Shown here piece by piece: positions 40,401-49,400 of a stretch of 64,000 nucleotides of DNA; the first letter of the stretch is position 1, and the number at the start of each line of letters is the position of its first letter. The stretch covers positions 542,967 through 606,966 of the forward strand of contig NMRA01000136.1 of the NCBI GenBank assembly GCA_002633005.1, read 5' to 3'. A program made the translations under genes and the position numbers. Under the pieces are notes generated by a model, which worked only from the letters and a program-made list of their open reading frames with translations, did no database searches and was not told the origin of the DNA. The DNA comes from Phoronis australis (taxonomy: Eukaryota > Animalia > Phoronida).

Positions 40401-43400
40401 AACAGACGTGTTAAAACCATACGTCCTGTCGTATTTGAAAACCACCATTTTCTTCGTGCTTTGACACTCTTATTATCCATAATAGCACCATGTAAGGAAC
40501 TGATTGGCCGCTTCAATTGCTATTGATATTTTCGATTTAGCGTTGGGTGGAACTTAAAACTCTTAGAATACAAGATTTTTGCTTCAATGCGGAATGTGTA
40601 GCGCATGCGCAATGTTTAGCGCGTTCAACATTAAAACCCTTGAACAGTATTCCTTTCCAGCGCTAGCAGGTGTTATTAAAATTTAGTACGAGTTGTGACG
40701 CAAAATCGCCTTTTCAGAATCGAATTATATTTTTTCACAGTCATTGAGTATCACGACAAGGGTAAATGGCGACATGTGAGTGTCACGTTCCTTGAAGCAG
40801 AAAGTTCTCTTGTCATTCAAGACAAGTGTGGCAATATTCTGAGAAACATAAATCTGGGCAGCACAGACATGATTGTTCTTCAGCGAGCATCAGATTCAAG
40901 GAAATACGTCATTTGTGTGAAGGCAAAAATTGGGCCAGATCTGGTGAGTTTTCCAGTTATGCACATTTTTGTTAACCTATAGAAAAAGCCAGAAATTGTT
41001 GAACCAGTGCCGGTCTCCGTAGTTCGAAGGTATGAGCGGAGGACTGAAGGATTGTGGGTAATTGATGTCGGCATCAGTTATGCAGCTGTGATAAAAACGC
41101 ATCGCTCACGTTGTTTACTCTATGAGAGTTCTACCCTTTAGCTAACTCCAGCTTACGCTACAGAAACTTGCATTTTATACATTTACTAAAGCTGGTATTG
41201 TCTACCCGCTCATTGGCAATGTTCACTCAATCAATCAATCAATAATCATATATTTTAGTGACCTGTACTACTCAGCCTCAACTTGGGTTTATAATTCACC
41301 ATTTCCAAAGAGACCGTACAAAGCAAGTGCATTGCCCTTATGGAACTTTTGTATGTGATGAACATTATTTCAAAAGTGTATATTCCCAACGTAACACGAT
41401 GTACCAAGCAGTAGAAAAAAGAACTGCAGCTTATCACCCTTAATCTTCATTAGGTCTTGTGGTACAAGCGACTAGCTGATGTCAAGTCCCTTGTCGACAA
41501 AATAGAAAAGTTTGCTCGTGACCGGAACTTTATTACGAACAAGGTAGAGTTATCCAAGTCGAAGATTTTGTCCGAAGCGCGAACTCTGAAGGAAGTCATG
41601 AAAGAAGTGGAATATCATTGTCGTTTCCTGTTTGCTGAGGTAATATCACTGCCTTGTTTTATGTTCTTTGCTGAGGTAATATCACTGCCTTGTTTTATGT
41701 TCTTTGCTGAGGTAATATCACTGCCTTGTTTTATGTTCTTTGCTGAGGTAATATCACTGCCTTGTTTTATGTTCTTTGCTGAAGTAATATCACTGCCTTG
41801 CTTTATGTTCTTTGCTGAGGTAATATCACTGCCTTGTTTTAATATGATTGTGTATGCGGTTTTTGTTCTTTTCATACAGTGTAGGAGTTTTAAGAGTTGA
41901 TAAATTAAAACTGTTGTAGGTTTTGCGCTTGCATCTTGAACTGCTAATACAAGAATATTGGTGAAAGAAGTGAACTACCCCAAAAACCATATTTTTGGTG
42001 ACCAAAAGGAAGTATTCGAGGTGTAGAGTGTTACCTCTGAAAAAAGACATTTCCAATTCCTATACGAGCATTGACGTCGGCAGTGACTTGTTGTAAGACT
42101 TGAACCCCAACAAAATGTTTTTATGCGTCCACATATGTTTGCACGTCCGTCTGTATGCGATGCACATGTTGGGCGCATTTAAACGCTCCGCGATTCTTTT
42201 GGGAACGGAATATATCAATTTCTAACATATAATTGTTTGTAATGTCGACGCAGCTGGTAGTAGGAGCTTTTGCTAATACACAAGTATCGGTGAAGCAATC
42301 GAATCCCTGCAAAGAAGTCGTTTGGTGTGTAAAATGAAGTGATACTCGAGATGTGTAATGCACAAAAATTCTTTTTAGTTGCTGGGTATCGAAATCCGCA
42401 GTGACGTGTCACACGACTTGATCAACAAAGACATCCTTCAAGTCGAGCTTAGCAGGCATGAGTTTGCCGAGGCGACGCGGCTGAGAACGGAGTCCGAGTT
42501 TGTACAATTAATATATGACACGTTGGACAGCGAGAGAAGTGGATGTTTAAAGCTCAGAAAGATTCTCGCCTTTTTGGTTTTGCTTTGTGACGGTAAGTCT
42601 TTCTAGTACACTACAAGTTGTCCAGATTGGTTTGTTAAGTCCTCAAGATGTTGATACGATATCTGAGTTGAAGAACACCTGCTTATACAAAGGTAGGCAG
42701 CCTTAAGTTTATTTATCTAAGGTACCTAATGTTTAGGCGTCTACGTTTTTCTACAAATACGTTTTGCAGTGGGCTTCTGAGTCTACAGTTTATGAATATT
42801 TTTGAAACAACACAAGTATGTCGACGACTGCACTATCTTTACCAAAGCTTTTTATTTCAGTTCCTTCAAAGAAAAAACTGAAAGCTCTGTTTGACATGTA
42901 CGACATTGATGGACGGGGGAAAGTGAAAAAGATGGACTTCCTCGAAGTTATTACGTGGGTTACAAAAAGAATTCCATTTGAAAATAAAATGCTGAGACTA
43001 AATGACGAATAACTGTTAATCTTGTGCCAGTTTAATCAAAATAGAAAATCTCGTTTCTTGATAAACAGCTGTATCAAGTTATTTTTGAGGAAACAAAACT
43101 AGAGATAAGTTGTTAATGAATTCTGCAGAAGTATAAAAAGTCTATAAATTGCCAAAAAGATACATCAATGGACACGTTTGATTCTTAATTCCTGTGCAAG
43201 ATGGAAATAGATGTATTCAGTTTTAATGTTTCCCAGAACCATTGAGGAGATTGCCAACAGCAGAGGAGACGAAATGCTGTTGGAAGCCATGTTAGTTTCT
43301 GCCGATTTAGATCAGAAGCAGGAGCTCTCGTTCGATGATTTGCTGACATTGTCAGAAAATGACGACACTTTACAGGGTTAGTACATTTAAGTTCCTCTTT

Positions 43401-46400
43401 TCAATGTCTTGTCTGAGCTCGTTTTTCATAAATCTACTATCCAATGCCTACTGGAAGTATGAAAACGATTATTTCACTCATATTAATTTTGAAAGTGATC
43501 TTCGGAACAAGAAGTCCAATCGTGCCTAATCTCTGAACTCTCTACCGTTCTCTTCCTTAGACAATATGGAGCGAGCGTTCGGAAGGTTGGACAGTTCCTG
43601 TACCCCTGATACCCAGCGTTCTTCAATATCGAGACCGATGACAGTCCCGAAGTTTCACATGAGACCCGGCACAAGCAACAGCCAAAGAGTTAGGTGTGTA
43701 TCATGTTTTGGTTTCTCGCTCGCAGGTTGTCTCACGACGAGCTGTGGCAGTGTTGCTCTTGCAATCCAAAAGTATGCTCGTCCTTTCCATTTCTTGGCCG
43801 CCCTTTGCATTTTCGTGTCCGTCTTTCTGTCTGAAGGTCAGCCATTCCCATCGGCGCTTCATGCCTCCTAATACATGACCAAACCTATTTTGTAATAACA
43901 TAGACGTAACCATACACATACGTATCATAGATCTGAATTTATAAAGGTCAGTTTTTTGTGCAATCGCTTCGCTCATGAGATATTGTAGCAGACAAATCTT
44001 CGTTATAGAATAATGTGGTTTTGGATGATGAAGTTGTGGAAATTTTTCTAGACAATTCCCAGGCCTGTATCTTTGACAACTTCTCCCCAGTATTTACTTT
44101 TAAAGATACATGACTTATTTATACGTTGCACTTTCATGGTTTTCATTCTAGTCTACAAATTGCATGTAACTTATAAGTTGGTAAATGCACCATATGTGCC
44201 TCTATACAAATGGTAGCTAGACCACCGGGGATGTAATTTCCTAATAAAACCTTAACTTCGTTTCAGTTCTGCTTCGACTTACGACAAGTTCGAAAAAGCC
44301 ACCAGACCTGTATCAAGTCGTAAGACTGGAGTTGTAAAATGGTACAACTCTCTCATGAAGACGATGGCAAATTATCAACAGAGGATACACGTTGTGCTTC
44401 TGTTTTACTTGATCACTTTAGCTGTGTTTATCGAGCGCTTTCAAGGTATCTTTTAACGATGAATAATTGTTTTTACGATCAACTAAGCACGCCGAGCCCA
44501 TATTATTTGTGGTGGAAACAGAACATGATTTCCGTTCAACCCTTTTTAGTGGTGAGTCTAGGACGTCGCAGGGGGAGGGGGGGGTCAACCAAAGTCTCCC
44601 GAGGATGAGAGTAAGCGTAACCCCTGGAAACAACATGCCGGTGCTGACATGTTTTTTAATCTTTTTGATCGATCCAGAAGACTACAAGGCTGATACCCTG
44701 GTTTCAAAAACCCATTTCATATTGTTTACGTGTGCTGTTAAAAACTTCTTTTCTTTTACTTAAATAAAAAATATGACCACCAGAACGTTCCAGTGATGAA
44801 AATTCTGAAATGAAATATTTTATTCTGAAATTAAACACTGCTTTGTATAATTTTAGGCTTATTAACATTACTACAAGGTTAACACCGATTTATATATCAA
44901 CTTTAACTGGAAATTATTATGCCTGTTTACAGCATATGCAACCAATAGTGAACATTCGGGAATCCGCCGCTTGACCGGATATGGCGTACCAGTGACACGT
45001 GGATCGGCGTCGGCGATGTCGTTCACCTACTCTATTGCCATGCTGTCTATGTGTAAGAACACGATCAACGCGTTCAGAAATACCCGCTTGGCTAACTACA
45101 TACCCTTCGACTCGGCGCTCACATTCCACGTGATTACGTCCTACACATCGGTTTTTCTAAGTGGTAAGTATTTTTCCACAAAACGAAGAACATTTGCAAG
45201 CATGCTTACTTCACAATCTTTGTCCAGATCTTCAAAAATTACATTAAGTGTATATTTACCAATGAGGAGGCAGTGTGGCCTGGTTGATAAGTACCCGCTT
45301 TCTTTCCTCGAGGTCGTGGGTTCGAATCCCACCATGTGACACTGCTAAACCCTTGAGCCAGGTTTCTAGCTCCTCAGCTCGGTTTTAACCACATATTAAT
45401 AAAGCATAAAAATATTTCCAGGTGATCAGTGCAATGGGCCCACATGCGAGGCCTGCGCACGTCTGGTACAACGTGTATCAGACCGCCTGCAATTATTATT
45501 TTTTTAAATATTTACCAATTTCGTGTATTGTAAATCTTTCCAACTTTTACACTGTTAGAATAACCCAGTGCGCAATCTGATGAGTTTTACAAATGGATGA
45601 CTTCTGTGCTCTTTTTATGTGTTAATGGAAAATCATTTGGTGCACGTGGGTGCCTCAGGGTTACGCTTTTGTGAGACTCGGTATTAGCACAAATGTTTAC
45701 AATATCCGTTGCTTTCATGTTCCTATCTCATCCTGTTCTTAACTTTTGTGCGCATTTTCACTCTAGTTGTCCATGTCATCGGTCACGTGTTTAATTTCTA
45801 CCACGTGACGACACAGCCACCAGACTTTGTGGAATGCATCTTTAAGAACATGATCTGGTTTAGGTAAGCTCCGTACAGGTAGTTGGCAATTGCAATCTAA
45901 ATATCTAACTTCATTAAAAATATCCACGTTGATGCAGATGAAGTTTTTCCCTGACCATTCTCAGGCGTTTTCCTTGCCCACTTCGGCAGCTGAATCTTCC
46001 CACACAAACCAAGGACTCCGCCTCGCAGTCACTTAAAGTGGAACTTGCAAGCTAATTCCTAATATCCGTGATTGCTTGGTCAAATTGGTTACAAATACAA
46101 CATATAGCTACTATGTGAATATGAAGTAGGTTGAAAATTGCCAAATGAACGAGTTTTGTATCGAAATTGATTCAGTCAACCTCATCCAGTAAATGTGACG
46201 TGGTGCTGGGCAATAATACTGCATGATGCCGGCTATGTGAGCCCAAAGGTACGTCATTAGTGCAAATATCACTTATTTGTAGAGAATTTTTTGTTTTCAC
46301 ATTTACAAATTGTCAGTGAAGAACATTGCACTTTGTTTAGCGTTGATAATGTTCAAGTAGCATGGTCGTTTAGTTCCTGCTATACATTAGCATAGTTAAG

Positions 46401-49400
46401 ACCATGCAAATACATATTTAATACTTCGCTGAATGGAAATATTGACTGGATGAGCCAGGAAATTGGCGATCGGGGAGCGCCAGGCACAGAATTTGTGGTA
46501 TCTGGGAGGTAAGATACTTCAAATTTTGGGGTAATCGGGGTTAAAATCGCGGGGCAGTTTAGTAACCACGGTTTTTAGATTCCTCATAAGTTAGGCCAAA
46601 ACATATTAAACTCAGTTTCGGTGATGTCACCTCACCTGAGCATGTGAATAGATCCCGTGGTTTAGGTCGGTGGTTGTGTAACTCTTCTGTAACGTTAGTC
46701 AAGCTAGCTGACATTTGTGCGTAGTTTTCAAACTTGCTCAAAACCTTTGAACGTTGACAATTATTATGTAGAGCATAAAAAGATTTAGTCGGATAAGTCG
46801 GAAGTTGATTTATGTTAATAAACCGGAACCAGGTAAAGGATCATTATGGAAATTTATGACTGTGTTTCTGATGTCAAGACGCCGGATAACTTTGATTTTC
46901 AGATATTTTCGACTATTCTGGCTCTCCCTAGAAGCAATTTTGCTTTCTTGCATCTATGGGCGTTAAGCCTTAACCCTTTGGAAGGATCTTTGCAAAATTT
47001 GTCAGATGGACTCCTATAGAGATGGCAACAGGTGTTGATTTTCAGATCCGTTGGACTATCGATGTGCCCCCTAGTGTCAACTGTTTTTTATGTTTGCCTC
47101 TACATCTTAGGGAGCTCCTTGGTTAATTTTCATGATATTTGACGAATAGTTGTTTATTTCAGAGATGGATCCACCTTCTCAATTCAAATGGATTTGACGC
47201 ATTATGCGCCATCTAACGGCCGTTTTTACTATAGTAAAAACACCCATAGAAGCAAACCGTTTGTGGTGCAGTCGTGGACGTATGTCGACGCTCAGCGTTG
47301 CTCTTGTTAGTACGTTTAAGTCATTGAATGTTGATTTTGTTGTTTGGTTCCAGGAGCGACTTTTTGCCTTCTTTTGCCTTCTACATATTCAAAACGGCGA
47401 CAGGCCTGACAGGTTTCCTTTTAATTTTGGTTCTATCTATTATCGTTGCCTTCTCTACGCCCTGGGTACGCCACCGGATGTATAGTGTGTTCCTCCTATG
47501 CCACAGACTCTTCTACGTCATCTACGCGTTGATCATTCTGCACGGTAGCGCCGTCCTTGTTCAGGTAAGGTACTACTTAACGTTGCATGTATGCCTCGGC
47601 TGTACATTCGTTGAATATTAATGCAAAACATACATGTGGTAGCATTACGGACAATTTGTGTTTATTTGACATTTATTTCCAACATTTCATCTTTTTGTAA
47701 GAGAAACAGATTGTTATGCTGCAAGTGCAGATTAAACTCAATTCGATATTTACCATCGATTTCATTTTAATTCAAATGAAAAAATGAGGTTATGATACTA
47801 GTGAAGACAAACAATTATGTCTCATCAAGTTCATTTCAGTCAGATCAGAATGGAAAATAACCTACATGACACTCAATTTACATGTAGTTGGAGACAAGTC
47901 CTAATTGTCGAGTGACTTTTATCGACTTCTCCTCGCTTCTAACGTCAGAAAATGAAAGCAACGCTCTCAAAACTAAAATTGACCTTTTCCTTCATGTACC
48001 TTTCTAGCAACCTTGGTTTCATTTCTTCTTTCTGGGACCGGCTACTCTGTTCACCTGTGACAAACTGTACGGAATGAAGCGAAAGTTGTCCCCACTTCCG
48101 GTTTTATTCTCGGAGCACATGCCTTCAGGTAAGTTTATTTGCCATTCACAGACGAAAATATTTGGAGGTTAAATAGTCTTGAATGTTTCGATTAGCTAAT
48201 CTCAGACATTGACTAAGTACACTAATCGTAGAAATTGAATAATGTGTAATCATATTCAATCTCTTAGATGACCAAATATTTTTGCTACAACGTTGTTCCC
48301 ACCGATCTCACCACTCACGACATTCCTTTCTGTGTCTTGTCTCCTGAGCAGATGTCATCGGTCCTTTTGTCGTTTTAGATGTATTATACCTGAGGATCAA
48401 GCGTCCACCATTATTTGACTTTGTCCCCGGTCAATACGCACAGGTTGCCTGTGATGCCATAAGCAGTCGCCAGTTTCATCCTTTCACAATAACCTCGTCT
48501 CCAGATGAAAAGTTTCTCTCCTTTCACGTTCGTTCTTTCGGACCCTGGACGACCGCCTTGTCGGAACTGATGGCGACAAACCGTCAGCCTATGGTAGGTA
48601 TTTCCACTTTGTCGTAAAAGAAACAACAAATGGTCAGGGTAGGGCAACAAAGCTCCGCTAATCACCACTTTTCACTTCTCCGTTGCAATACCGACAACTG
48701 ACTGCCAGTGTACAAATTTTATTGCTACATTGGCTAAATCGGTATAGCTTTTTAAATACAATTCACTAAATAACTACCGAGTTTTCCGTCGCCCATAAAG
48801 TACCATGTAGATTCATTAATTTCACTACCTAGTGGTGCCACTTGGTTACTATTTATGTAATTGATAGTCATCGTTATGGCAGTAATTGCTGAAAGTGCGA
48901 TGCCACGAACAGATTTTGACGGACACACACGTTTTAGATGTCTTTAAAGTTACAATGTTCTTTTCCAGATGTATGTTGATGGCCCTTATGGCGGAGTGCC
49001 GGGAGCCTTTCATAAGTATGAAGTATCGGTGATGGCCGCTGGTGGTATAGGAGTTACTGCGTTTTCGGCCATTTTGAAACAGCTTCTCAGTGACATTACC
49101 TTTAAGTCAAAACCAGTGAAAAAGGTACGTAAACATTTCCAGTAAGCTGGTTACTACGCTTCAAACATTTTGATATACCGAGAGCTAGTTTTGTGTTCAA
49201 CAAATGCTTACACCCAGGCGCGGATCCGGGATCATGTCCAGATGGGTTATGACAATGGACAGGTACACATTACTAGAATTCAACAGTGGCATGGCACATG
49301 CTGTGAGACGGATTCTCCTATTTACCCGGTACTCCTGGAACCATGCCTACACCACAAAGATATCGAAAACTGCACTTTGTCGTATGATCGCCTATCATTG

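Larger units (their letters stand above)
31716..40886. repeat. 4.6 kb direct duplication (31716-36276 and 36278-40886) joined at a single N, covering DUOX exons 12-16
   Basis: Copies are colinear with scattered substitutions and indels. Copy 1 breaks mid-exon exactly at N36277. Confidence 0.95.

Noticed and set aside
41615-41875. 36-bp repeats as a CRISPR array, and the minus-strand repeat ORF
   Set aside because: Units are contiguous with no spacers, the context is eukaryotic and there are no cas genes; the ORF is the antisense reading of the VNTR.
43726-43878. Extra exon after exon 21 (cgcag acceptor, ORFs 43566 and 43696)
   Set aside because: Would need a ~32-nt intron, and exon 21 already joins exon 22 in phase.
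45266-45340. tRNA gene (also ~50372-50432 and 28513-28572)
   Set aside because: A/B boxes are present but I could not form acceptor and anticodon stems; interpreted as SINE heads.
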